The notes beneath the pieces were generated by a model. It was given only the letters and a program-made list of their open reading frames with translations, did no database searches and was not told the DNA's origin. The position numbers and the translations under genes were made by a program. Below are positions 25,586 through 34,152 of a stretch of 64,000 nucleotides of DNA, one piece after another (within the stretch, counting starts at the first letter, position 1; the number at the start of each line of letters is the position of its first letter). Source of the DNA: an uncultured Actinomycetes bacterium. Its GTDB lineage: Bacteria > Actinomycetota > Thermoleophilia > Gaiellales > JAICJC01. The stretch spans positions 25,531 to 89,530 of the forward strand of contig CAVWSF010000001.1 of NCBI GenBank assembly GCA_963757605.1, written 5' to 3'.

Positions 25586-26095
25586 TCAGCGCCGGTCCTC
25601 CCAGTTCTCCGGTGCCTCCCATTCGACACCGCCGGTGTCCCAGCCCACGAGGCAGTGCTCGGAGATCGCCGCGGCGACGCGCTCGAGGAACCCCCGGTCA
25701 TCCTCGCCGAACGCGGCCGGCTGGTCGGAGTCGATGTCGATCTCGGCGACGACGAGCGTGTTGTAGATGATCGGCACGACGATCTCGGATCGGGTCGAGA
25801 GGAAGCACGAGAGGTAGCGGTCGTCGGCGTTCACGTCGTCGACGATCTCGGTGCGGCCGCTGGCAGCCGCGGCGCCGCAGATCCCCTGGCCGACCGGGAT
25901 GCGCACGTGCTCGGTGGCCTGCGGTCCGCGCCAGGGCCCGAGCACGAGCTCGTCGCCCTCGACGAAGTAGATCCCGATCCAGGAGTAGGCCTCGAAACGG
26001 TCGTGGAGGAGGTCGACGACCCCCCGCAGGATGTCGTCGGAGTCCTCGCCGCCGGCTGCGATCTGCTCGATCTCGGCGAGCACCGCGGCGCTCAC
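25586..26095 (-). CDS. GAF-domain protein, free methionine-(R)-sulfoxide reductase (MsrC/YebR)-like
   Basis: WIGIYFVEGDELVLGPWRG, GQGICGAAA, YLSCFLSTRSEIVVPI fit this family. GTGA overlap with the next gene. Confidence 0.7.
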   Translation of the reverse strand: MSAAVLAEIEQIAAGGEDSDDILRGVVDLLHDRFEAYSWIGIYFVEGDELVLGPWRGPQATEHVRIPVGQGICGAAAASGRTEIVDDVNADDRYLSCFLSTRSEIVVPIIYNTLVVAEIDIDSDQPAAFGEDDRGFLERVAAAISEHCLVGWDTGGVEWEAPENWEDRR

Positions 26096-26526
26096 GACTC
26101 GACCGCCGTGTCGAACGCGGCGACCGCGCCGCGCATGCCGTCGTCGACCCGCACCGGCCGCCGGTCGGCAACGTAGACGGCGGTCTGGGTCGACGTCGCC
26201 AGGTGCTCGCCGGAGGCGGCGTTCCAGGCCTCGAACTCCCAGGTGACGCTCGTCCGGCCCAACCGGCGCACGCGCACGAACACCTCGAGCTCGTCGTCGA
26301 AGCGGGCCGGCGCGTGGTACTCGACGTGCTGGGCGCGCATCACGAACTCCGCGCCGCCGGACTCGGGCCGCAGCAGGCCCAGGTGGCGCAGGTACTCCAC
26401 GCGGGCGCGGTCGAAGTAGGGCATGTAGCGGCCGTAGTAGACGATGCCCTGGGCGTCGGTCTCGTCGAAGCCCACCCGCGTTCGCACGGCGAAGCGGTAC
26501 GGCGGCCTGCGGTCGGTCACGCTCAC
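26092..26526 (-). CDS. Acyl-CoA thioesterase (4HBT/YbgC hotdog fold)
   Basis: FAVRTRVGFDETDAQGIVYYGRYMPYFDRARVEYLR is the typical YbgC N-terminal region. GTG 26526 overlaps the upstream TGA. Confidence 0.75.
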   Translation of the reverse strand: MSVTDRRPPYRFAVRTRVGFDETDAQGIVYYGRYMPYFDRARVEYLRHLGLLRPESGGAEFVMRAQHVEYHAPARFDDELEVFVRVRRLGRTSVTWEFEAWNAASGEHLATSTQTAVYVADRRPVRVDDGMRGAVAAFDTAVES

Positions 26527-27869
26527 GCCCGGATCAGGTCGAGCACCTCGTCGCGGCGCTGCGCCATCGTGCCGGCGTCGAGCGCCTCCAGGTTGAGGCG
26601 CATGAGCGGCTCGGTGTTGGACGGCCGCACGTTGAAGTGCCAGTCCTCGAACTCGAACGAGATGCCGTCCATGTGCGAGACGCGCACCGCGTCTGCCGAG
26701 TAGCGCTCCTTCAGCTGCTGGAGCTTCACCGGCACGTCGCTCACCGTCGAGTTGATCTCGCCGGAGATGTGATAGCGCTCGCGGAACGGCGCCAGCAGCT
26801 CCGAGAGCGGCTTCCCGGCGCGCGAGACGAGCTCCAGCATGACGAGCGCCGGCACGACGCCGGTGTCGCAGTAGTAGAAGTCGCGGAAGTAGTAGTGGCC
26901 GGAGACCTCGCCGGCGAAGACCGCGTCCTCCTTGCGGATGCGGGCCTTGATGAAGGCGTGCCCGACCCGGTTCTCGAGCGCGATGCCGCCGGCTGCGGCG
27001 ACGGTGTCGCGGACGGCCCACGAGGCGCGCAGGTCGTAGACGATGGTCGAGCCCGGGTGCTTCTCGAGCATCGACCGGGCGATGAGGGCGGTGATGAGAT
27101 CGCCGGGCACGAACTCGCCCGTGTCGTCGACGAAGAAGCACCGGTCGGCGTCGCCGTCCCAGGCGATCCCGAGGTCGGCGCCGTGTTCGCGCACCTTGGC
27201 GATGATGAAGGTGCGGTTCTCCTCGAGTAGCGGATTGGGCTCGTGGTTCGGGAAGCGGCCGTCCGGGTCGAGGCTGTACGGGTGGACGCTCACGGGCAGC
27301 CGGTCCAGGATTGGCGCGATCATCGGCCCCGCCATCCCGTTCGCGCCGTCGAGGACGACCCGGAGGGGCCGGATCGAGCCGGGGTCGACGAACCCCAGCG
27401 CCCGGTCGTGGAAGGCGGCGTAGACGTCGCGCTCTGAGACCTCGCCCCGCGTGGCGGCCGGCTCGGGCGCGCCTCCGAGAGCGCGGTCCTTGATCCGGTC
27501 GAGCCCGGTGTCGCCGCCGACGGGGAGCGCGCCTCGGCGGACGATCTTCATCCCGTTGTAGGCGGCGGGGTTGTGCGAGGCGGTGACCTGGAGGCCGCCC
27601 TCGTAGCCGTACTCGCCGACAGCGAAGTAGAGCATCTCGGTGCCGACCTGGCCCAGGTCGACGACGTCGGCGCCGGAGTCGGCGGCGCCCCTGATCGCGG
27701 CGGCGGCGATGTCGGGCGACGAGAGGCGCATGTCGCGGCCGACGGCCATCACCTTGGGCTCGAAGGCGGCGACGTAGCCGCAAGCGAGGGCGTATGCACC
27801 CTCCGCGTCGAGCTCGTCTGGCACGATGCCGCGCACGTCGTATGCCTTGAACACGGAGGGCGCCAGCAT
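26523..27869 (-). CDS. Phosphomannomutase/phosphoglucomutase (alpha-D-phosphohexomutase)
   Basis: Has FKAYDVRG, the TASHNPAAYNGMK active-site Ser loop, the GIAWDGDADR metal loop and GEVSGH. Confidence 0.9.
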   Translation of the reverse strand: MLAPSVFKAYDVRGIVPDELDAEGAYALACGYVAAFEPKVMAVGRDMRLSSPDIAAAAIRGAADSGADVVDLGQVGTEMLYFAVGEYGYEGGLQVTASHNPAAYNGMKIVRRGALPVGGDTGLDRIKDRALGGAPEPAATRGEVSERDVYAAFHDRALGFVDPGSIRPLRVVLDGANGMAGPMIAPILDRLPVSVHPYSLDPDGRFPNHEPNPLLEENRTFIIAKVREHGADLGIAWDGDADRCFFVDDTGEFVPGDLITALIARSMLEKHPGSTIVYDLRASWAVRDTVAAAGGIALENRVGHAFIKARIRKEDAVFAGEVSGHYYFRDFYYCDTGVVPALVMLELVSRAGKPLSELLAPFRERYHISGEINSTVSDVPVKLQQLKERYSADAVRVSHMDGISFEFEDWHFNVRPSNTEPLMRLNLEALDAGTMAQRRDEVLDLIRA

Positions 27870-27875
27870 CGCGGC

Positions 27876-28403
27876 ATGAGTCTAGTGGGAGTCTCCATCC
27901 GTCCCTTGCAGGTGAGCGACGCCGACACGCTGGCGGCGCTCTACACCCAGAACCGTGCGTTCCTGGAGCCGTTCGACCCGCCCCGGCCAGACGGCTTCGC
28001 CGCGTCCGCGGCGCAGCGGCGCGAGCTGAAGGCGCTCCAGCAGGAGCGCGCCGCCGACCGGCTCGAGCGGTTCCTGATCTCGGCGGACGGCGAGCCGGCC
28101 GGCGTCATCTCCATCTCGCGGATCTCCCGCGGCCCGTTCCAGAACGCCGGCCTCGGCTACTGGGTGGTCGAGCGGCTGAACGGCCGCGGGATCGCGACGA
28201 AGGCGGTCGGCCTGGTGTGCGAGTGGGGGTTCGGCGAGGCCGGCTTCCACCGCCTGGAGGCGGCGACGCTGGTCGACAATACCGGCTCGCAGACGGTGCT
28301 TCGCCGCAACGGGTTCACCGAGATCGGCCTCTCGCCCCGCTACCTCTTCATCAACGGCGCCTGGCGTGACCACATCCTGTTCGCCCGCACCGCCGACGAC
28401 TGA
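27876..28403 (+). CDS. GNAT family N-acetyltransferase (RimJ/RimL-like)
   Basis: GYWVVERLNGRGIATKAV...HRLEAATLVDNTGSQTVLRRNGF fits this family. The ATG is 6 nt from the divergent PMM start. Confidence 0.8.
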   Translation: MSLVGVSIRPLQVSDADTLAALYTQNRAFLEPFDPPRPDGFAASAAQRRELKALQQERAADRLERFLISADGEPAGVISISRISRGPFQNAGLGYWVVERLNGRGIATKAVGLVCEWGFGEAGFHRLEAATLVDNTGSQTVLRRNGFTEIGLSPRYLFINGAWRDHILFARTADD

Positions 28404-28411
28404 CCCGACCA

Positions 28412-28433
28412 CCGGGGCCTGGCCCCCGGGGTT
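28412..28433. terminator. GC hairpin between convergent GNAT and HIT genes
   Basis: CCGGGG-CCTGGC-CCCCGG is followed by GGTTTCA. The U-tract is weak. Confidence 0.35.
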
Positions 28434-28919
28434 TCAGGTGCCCCACGCGGCGCGCAGCTTCGCCGCTGTGCGCGTGAGGTGCTCGGGCATGACCTTGACG
28501 TCGGCCAGGACGGGCATGAAGTTCGTGTCGCCGTTCCAGCGCGGGACGACGTGCAGGTGCAGGTGGTCCTCGACGCCGGCGCCCGCCACCCGGCCGATGT
28601 TGATCCCCGCGTTGAAGCCGTGCGGCGCCATCGCGTCGGCAAGCGCGCCGAGCGCGCGGTCGAGCAGGGCCCACAGCTCGGCCCGCTCGCCGTCGTCGAG
28701 ATCGCCGGGCGCTGCGACGTGCCGGTACGGCGCGACCATCAGGTGCCCGTTGGAGTAGGGGTAGAGGTTCATGAGGACGTACGCCCGCTCGCCGCGATGC
28801 ACGATCAGGTTGGCCTCGTCGTCGTCCGCAGCCGCCTTGTCGCAGAAGATGCACCCGCCCGCGTCCACGCCGCCCTGGATGTACTCCATGCGCCAGGGAG
28901 CCCACAGGCGCTCGGTCAT
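28434..28919 (-). CDS. HIT-family protein (Ap4A phosphorylase/ATP adenylyltransferase-like)
   Basis: Has CIFCD, NLYPYSNGHLMV and the histidine triad HLHLHVVPR. Confidence 0.85.
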   Translation of the reverse strand: MTERLWAPWRMEYIQGGVDAGGCIFCDKAAADDDEANLIVHRGERAYVLMNLYPYSNGHLMVAPYRHVAAPGDLDDGERAELWALLDRALGALADAMAPHGFNAGINIGRVAGAGVEDHLHLHVVPRWNGDTNFMPVLADVKVMPEHLTRTAAKLRAAWGT

Positions 28920-29908
28920 ATCCAGCGCTTGATGCGGAAGAACACGAGCATGACGACGGCGATGGCGAACATGATGGCGACCGTCGCGATGAACCCGTGG
29001 TAGTCGCTCGTGACCGGGATGTGGCGGAAGTTCATCCCGAAGATGCCGCTGATCAGCGTCAGCGGCAGCAGGATGACTGAGAAGATCGTGAGCAGCCGCA
29101 GGATGTCGTTCTGCTTGTGGGCGATGACCGACTCGTTGGTCGCCTCCAGTGCCTCGACGACCTCCTTGTAGTTGTCGAGCTGGTCCCAGATACGCTCGGC
29201 CTTGTCGACGATGTCGTCGAAGTAGACCTCGAGGTCGTCGGGCAGGTAGCGCGTCCGCTCGAGCAGCCGCAGCGTCGAGCGCTCCGGCTTGATGACCTTG
29301 CGGTATGAGACGATCTCGTGCTTCACGTCGGAGATGTCGCGCACGACGTCCTCGGAGCGCCGCTCGGTGAAGATCGCCTCGCGCATGCGGTCGAGCTTGA
29401 ACCCGATCTTGTCGAGGATCGGGAAGCAGTAGTCGAAGAGCTCCGAGAGGATCTCGTAGAGCACGTAGCCCGAGCCCTTGGAGAAGTACTCCTCGCGCCG
29501 CTCCTGGTTGTCCTCGAGCTGCGCGAAGAGGCGGCCGAGCGGCTTCAGCGGCACGTTCGGCAGCGTCACGATGTAGTCGCGCCCGATGAAGACGTTCAGC
29601 TCGGCCGCGTCGAGGCGGGCCCGCTCCTTGTTGTAGTGCGGGACGTGCAGCACGATGAACATGTACTCGTCGTACTCGTCGATCTTGGGCCGCTGTCGGG
29701 TCGAGAGAACGTCCTCGAGATCGAGCTCGTGGAACTCGAAGTTCTGCGCGAGCCAGGCGGTCTCGACGGCGGTGGGCTCTTCCAGCTGAAGCCAGCGCAG
29801 GCCGACGGCCTCGATCTCAGCGATGCGGGGCTCGGAGCGCTCTTCCGGCCGCTGCGGCGCGCGATGGCGCCGTCGTACTGTCCTCGGGATCCGGGGCAGG
29901 TTCGGCAT
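28916..29908 (-). CDS. corA: CorA-family Mg2+/Co2+ transporter
   Basis: The C-terminus has two TM segments with the GIFGMNF (GMN) motif. ATGA overlap with the HIT gene. Confidence 0.9.
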   Translation of the reverse strand: MPNLPRIPRTVRRRHRAPQRPEERSEPRIAEIEAVGLRWLQLEEPTAVETAWLAQNFEFHELDLEDVLSTRQRPKIDEYDEYMFIVLHVPHYNKERARLDAAELNVFIGRDYIVTLPNVPLKPLGRLFAQLEDNQERREEYFSKGSGYVLYEILSELFDYCFPILDKIGFKLDRMREAIFTERRSEDVVRDISDVKHEIVSYRKVIKPERSTLRLLERTRYLPDDLEVYFDDIVDKAERIWDQLDNYKEVVEALEATNESVIAHKQNDILRLLTIFSVILLPLTLISGIFGMNFRHIPVTSDYHGFIATVAIMFAIAVVMLVFFRIKRWI

Positions 29909-30024
29909 CGCGGGTCACCTTCGCGGTCAGGGCGTCCATGCCTGCCATTCTACCGTCCCAAGCGGCCTTCCGCACCCCAGTGGGGCGCGGGCGGCGGCGT
30001 GCCGTGCGGTACCGTTCGGGCGCC

Positions 30025-30762
30025 ATGCTGGACGACGTCCCGGCCCGCCACCGCCCCACCGAGGACGAGCGGCTGCTCGGCCGCCAGGACGCGAGCTTCG
30101 TCCACACGGACCCGTGGCGGATCCACCGGATCACCTCCGAGTTCGTCGCCGGCTTCGACGCCCTCGCAGAGGTGGGGCTGGCCGTCTCGATGTTCGGCTC
30201 GGCCCGCACCAAGCCGGACGACCCCGTCTACGCGGCGGCCGAGGCGACGGCAGCGGCGCTTGCGCGGGCGGGCTACGCGGTCATCACCGGCGGCGGCCCG
30301 GGGATCATGGAGGCGTGCAACAAGGGCGCGCGCGAGGCGGGCGGGATGTCCATCGGCGCGGGGATCGAGCTGCCGCACGAGGAGCACATGAACGACTACC
30401 TCGATCTCTCGCTCGACTTCCGGTACTTCTTCGTGCGAAAGACGATGTTCGTGAAGTACGCGGAGGCGTTCGTCGTCTTCCCGGGCGGGTTCGGCACGCT
30501 CGACGAGATGTTCGAGTCGCTCACGCTGATCCAGACCCGGAAGGTGCGGATGTTCCCGACCGTGCTCTACGGCAAGCGCTACTGGACCGGGCTCGCGGAC
30601 TGGATCCGCGACACCGCCGTCGCAGCGGGCAACGTCTCGGAGGATGACCTCGAGCTGCTCCAGATCGCCGACTCGCCCGAGCAGGCGGTCGAGATGGTGG
30701 TGGCGTGCACGACCGGGACCTGCAGCCACGTCCGCCACCAGCGGCCGCTGCCACTCACCTGA
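30025..30762 (+). CDS. LOG-family protein (TIGR00730; nucleotide 5'-monophosphate nucleosidase/'lysine decarboxylase-like')
   Basis: Has VSMFGSAR, VITGGGPGIMEA and FVVFPGGFGTLDEMFE. The start is 30025 or 29938. Confidence 0.85.
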   Translation: MLDDVPARHRPTEDERLLGRQDASFVHTDPWRIHRITSEFVAGFDALAEVGLAVSMFGSARTKPDDPVYAAAEATAAALARAGYAVITGGGPGIMEACNKGAREAGGMSIGAGIELPHEEHMNDYLDLSLDFRYFFVRKTMFVKYAEAFVVFPGGFGTLDEMFESLTLIQTRKVRMFPTVLYGKRYWTGLADWIRDTAVAAGNVSEDDLELLQIADSPEQAVEMVVACTTGTCSHVRHQRPLPLT

Positions 30763-32407
30763 TCGGGATCTCGAACCTGACCCGGGTGCCGGCGCCGGGC
30801 GACGACTGGATGGTGAGCCGCCCGCCGATGGAGTCCAGCCGCTGCGCCAGCGAGACGAGGCCCAGCCGGGCGGGGTCGTCGAGCACCGACGTCACGTCGA
30901 ACCCGACGCCGTCGTCGGCCACCTCGCCGGCCAGCTCGCCCAGGTGCTCGTGCACCTCCACCCGGATCTTGCGGGCGGCGGCGTGGTCGCGCGCGTTTCG
31001 CAGCAGCTCCTCGACGGTGCGGTAGCAGAGCAGCTCGCCGCTGTTGGCGTGCCGCGTCGTGACGACGTCGACCGTGACGTCGGCCTGCACGCCGAGCGCT
31101 TCCGGGAGCGCCCGCAGCGCGCCGCTCACGCCGCCCTCGGCGAGGAGCGGCGGCACGATCTCGAATGCCAGCCGGCGGGTGCGGTCGATGGCGTCGCTCA
31201 CCATCTTCCGGGCGCCCTCCACGGCCTGCTCCGCGGCGGCCGCGTCGCCCCGCTGCCACGCGGCGGCCAGGCGGTCGATCGTGATCCGCATGGCCGTGAG
31301 GGTCTGGAGCGTGTCGTCGTGGAGCTCGGTCGCCACCCGGACGCGCTCCGCCTCGGCCGCGGCCAGGAGCGCCGCCACTGCCGCCGAGCCACGCGCCTCG
31401 CTCACGCCGACGGCGAGGGCGGGAGCCAGGATCGCGGCCACCGATTGGACGAACGCCACCTCCGCGGAGCCGAACTCGCGCTCGGTGCGCGTCCAGGCGT
31501 CGAGGACGCCGAGCGGCCGGCCGTTGTCCATGATGCGGACGGCCATGCCTCCGACGACGCCGGCGGTCTCGGCGGCGCCGAGCGTCCGAAGACGCGGGTC
31601 GGTCGCCACGTCGCGGGTCACCAGCGGCTCGTGGTGCTGGAGCGCAAAGCCGGCGGGCGTGCCGTCGCCGGCCGTGGCCCGAACGCGGCTCATCCCGCCG
31701 GCGGGCCAGCCGACGCCCGCCCGCAGGACGAGCATCTCGCCGTCGCGGGTGAGGCCGAGCACGCCGACGCGCTCCACCCCCAGCACCGCCGCGACGACCC
31801 GGGACGCCTCAGTGAGCAGCGTCGATCCGTGGGTCTCGAACCCGCGGATGCCGAGCTCCGTCGAGCCGAGCATCGGAAGCGCCGCGATGACCGCCGGCGA
31901 GAGCTCCTCGGCCCGCTCCTTGAGCGCGCCGTGCATGCGCTCGAACCCGAGGCTCGTCCTGTCGATCACCCGGCTGAACAGGCGGACGAGAAAGCCGCGG
32001 TACCAGCCGCGGTGGACGACGCGCGCGCCCGTCTCGGCGGGCGAGATGACGAACGCGTGCTCGCCGGTGAAGAGGCCGAGCGGGAGCGCCCCGCGCCAGC
32101 GCAGCTCGCGCCCGGGGTCGGCGACGACCACCGACGGCGAGACGACGATCGGGCGCCCATCCGGCGGCGCCAGCTCGATGCGCAGCTTGGAGCCGACCTG
32201 CGGCGCGCCGGACACGCTGCGCATGAACGGGTTCCAGCCCGCGTAGGCGTCGAATCCGGTGAGCGCCTCCCACACCTGCTCTGGCGTCGCGTGAATGTCG
32301 ATGGTGTGCTCGAGGACGCGGCGCACGCGGCTCTCAGGGCTCCTACGCAGGATGCTGACGACCCTTGTGCACCGGGCAGGACGACAGATTCTCTCCGGTG
32401 CAAACAC
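30755..32407 (-). CDS. SRPBCC(START-like)-GAF-histidine kinase (HisKA_3/HATPase_c) fusion, no adjacent response regulator
   Basis: The N-terminus is IDIHATPEQVWEALTGFDAYAGWNPF (SRPBCC). The middle is GAF-like. It carries the ELHDDTLQTL H-box and ends ADDGVGF...GGRLTIQSSPGAGT. The start is uncertain (32407-32326). Confidence 0.75.
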   Translation of the reverse strand: MFAPERICRPARCTRVVSILRRSPESRVRRVLEHTIDIHATPEQVWEALTGFDAYAGWNPFMRSVSGAPQVGSKLRIELAPPDGRPIVVSPSVVVADPGRELRWRGALPLGLFTGEHAFVISPAETGARVVHRGWYRGFLVRLFSRVIDRTSLGFERMHGALKERAEELSPAVIAALPMLGSTELGIRGFETHGSTLLTEASRVVAAVLGVERVGVLGLTRDGEMLVLRAGVGWPAGGMSRVRATAGDGTPAGFALQHHEPLVTRDVATDPRLRTLGAAETAGVVGGMAVRIMDNGRPLGVLDAWTRTEREFGSAEVAFVQSVAAILAPALAVGVSEARGSAAVAALLAAAEAERVRVATELHDDTLQTLTAMRITIDRLAAAWQRGDAAAAEQAVEGARKMVSDAIDRTRRLAFEIVPPLLAEGGVSGALRALPEALGVQADVTVDVVTTRHANSGELLCYRTVEELLRNARDHAAARKIRVEVHEHLGELAGEVADDGVGFDVTSVLDDPARLGLVSLAQRLDSIGGRLTIQSSPGAGTRVRFEIPIR

Positions 32408-32475
32408 ATTCTAGGGCGGGTCGGCCGTTCTGGAAATCCCTTTCACGGAAATACATTGCCCGGTGGGTGACGCCG

Positions 32476-33768
32476 CTAGGTGCGCTCCCGCAGGAACGTG
32501 GCCAGCTCGCGATGGCCGCCGAAGTCCGCCCATCCATCGGCCGCCCCGCCGTGGATCTCGTCGCGGATCGTCGGATCGGCACCCAGGTCGAGCAGCGCCC
32601 GCACCGCATCCGTCTGGCCGGCCTGCGCAGCGATGTTGATCGCGGGGACGCCGCCGCCGTGGTCCGGACCGCCCCACGTCCCGAGCCGATCGACCCCGGC
32701 ACCGAGCTCGACGAGCGCCCGCACGGCGTCAACGTGGCCGTTGACGGCGGCCCAGGTGAGCGGCGTTCCCCGGTAGGGGTCGGAGTTCACGTCGGCGCCC
32801 AGGTCCATGAGCGGCCGGAACGCCTCCATGCGGCCGCTCTTCGCGGCCCACGTGAGCGCTTCGTCGAGCACTTCCTGCGGGTCGTCGGACGGCTGCCAGG
32901 CCGGGAACCCGCCGTGAGGCCGGTAGAAGCCGCGGTGGGCACCGGCGGCTGGCGTCCCCGCCAGCTCGGCGATCATGTCGACCAGGCCGAGGCCGGCCGC
33001 GACGCGCAGGTTGTGCGGCTCGAGGCCGAGCAGCGGCGTCACCCTGCGATGGCCCCAGAAGAGCGCGGCGATGAGCGGCGTGCCGCCGTCGCCGCGCGCG
33101 GAGAGGTCGGTGCGGCCGCCGGCGGCCAGCATGACCTCCGCCAACTCGGGCCAGTCCCCGTAGCCCGCCTGGTGGAGCTTCGTCCAGCCGTGGTCGTTGC
33201 CGCGGTTGGGATCGGCGCCGCGGTCGAGCATGAGCCGGGTGATCTCGAGCGAGTTCGCCATCCCGAGCAGGTCGTTGCCGTTCGTCCCGCGGGCCGTCAC
33301 GAGCTCGCGGTGCGCGTCGAGCAGCCGTGCCAGCTCGGCGCTGTCGTCGGCCTCCAGCGCGCGATAGGCGAGCATGAACGGCGGGGGCGGCTCCTCGCCC
33401 GCTGCGAGCTCCACCACGTGCCGGCGCAGGCCGGCCCAGGTCGCGAAGCCATGCCGGCCGGCCAGGTCGCGCCGAGCCTCGGCGATGCTGACGCCCTGCA
33501 CGGTGGAGATCCCGTACGCGCGGCCCTCGTAGTAGTCGATGTCGGTGTGGAACGGCTGCTCGGCGCCGAGCCGCTCGACATACTGCTTGAGCCGCGGCCA
33601 GCTGGCGAAGCCGTGCCGGCGCGCCAGCTCGAGCTGGGCGTCGGACAGCTTCGCCGGCGCCCCTTCGGCCCGACGCTCGCGGGCCAGCTCCTTCGCCTGC
33701 TTGCGGAGCTGCTCGAGGTTGAGCGGTGCGTTCACGGAAGCTCCTTTCCCTGGGCCCGTCGTCCGCAT
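32476..33768 (-). CDS. Ankyrin-repeat protein with duplicated N-terminal HGFASW/HGFATW helical motif
   Basis: Repeats include GNDHGWTKLHQAG, GGTPLIAALFWGH, GTPLTWAAVNGHVDAVRALVELGA and PAINIAAQAGQTDAVRALLDLGADP. Confidence 0.75.
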   Translation of the reverse strand: MRTTGPGKGASVNAPLNLEQLRKQAKELARERRAEGAPAKLSDAQLELARRHGFASWPRLKQYVERLGAEQPFHTDIDYYEGRAYGISTVQGVSIAEARRDLAGRHGFATWAGLRRHVVELAAGEEPPPPFMLAYRALEADDSAELARLLDAHRELVTARGTNGNDLLGMANSLEITRLMLDRGADPNRGNDHGWTKLHQAGYGDWPELAEVMLAAGGRTDLSARGDGGTPLIAALFWGHRRVTPLLGLEPHNLRVAAGLGLVDMIAELAGTPAAGAHRGFYRPHGGFPAWQPSDDPQEVLDEALTWAAKSGRMEAFRPLMDLGADVNSDPYRGTPLTWAAVNGHVDAVRALVELGAGVDRLGTWGGPDHGGGVPAINIAAQAGQTDAVRALLDLGADPTIRDEIHGGAADGWADFGGHRELATFLRERT

Positions 33769-33935
33769 GTCCGGGCGGAAAGAAGCTCGTGTTCAGGGTG
33801 GTGGGGTGGGGTGGGCTCGGCCCTTCCCGCGGACTGGACGCGGCCCCGGCCGCGCCCGCGCAGTCTACGTCAACACCATTCCCAGCCCGTCGGGGACAGT
33901 CCCTGCGGAAACGCCGTGACAAGGCGTCACAGAGA

Positions 33936-34123
33936 TCGGCGTATCCCGAGGTGGTGGAGGCGATGCGCGAGCTGGGCGTCGACCTCTCCGGCCGCACCGC
34001 GCACCGGCTCGCCCGCGACGACATGGAGTGGGCCGACGTCGTCGTGACCATGGGCTGCGCCGCATCCGCGCCGACATCGGGCGGCGCGTGACGGATCTCG
34101 CCGCCGAGCTCCCGGCGGGTTGA
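33936..34123 (+). pseudogene. Remnant of a low-molecular-weight phosphatase/ArsC-type arsenate reductase
   Basis: Only the central and C-terminal pieces remain: AYPEVVEAMRELGVDLSGRTAHRLARDDMEWADVVVTMGC, then RIRADIGRRVTDLAAEL in another frame. There is no CX5R P-loop and no start codon. Confidence 0.45.
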
Positions 34124-34152
34124 TCCGCACGCCATCGGGGTAGGCGTCTCCC

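Noticed and set aside
33796-33815. G-quadruplex-type run GGGTGGTGGGGTGGGGTGGG upstream of the ankyrin gene.
   Set aside because: Such G-runs are expected by chance in DNA this G+C-rich, and I have no supporting context.
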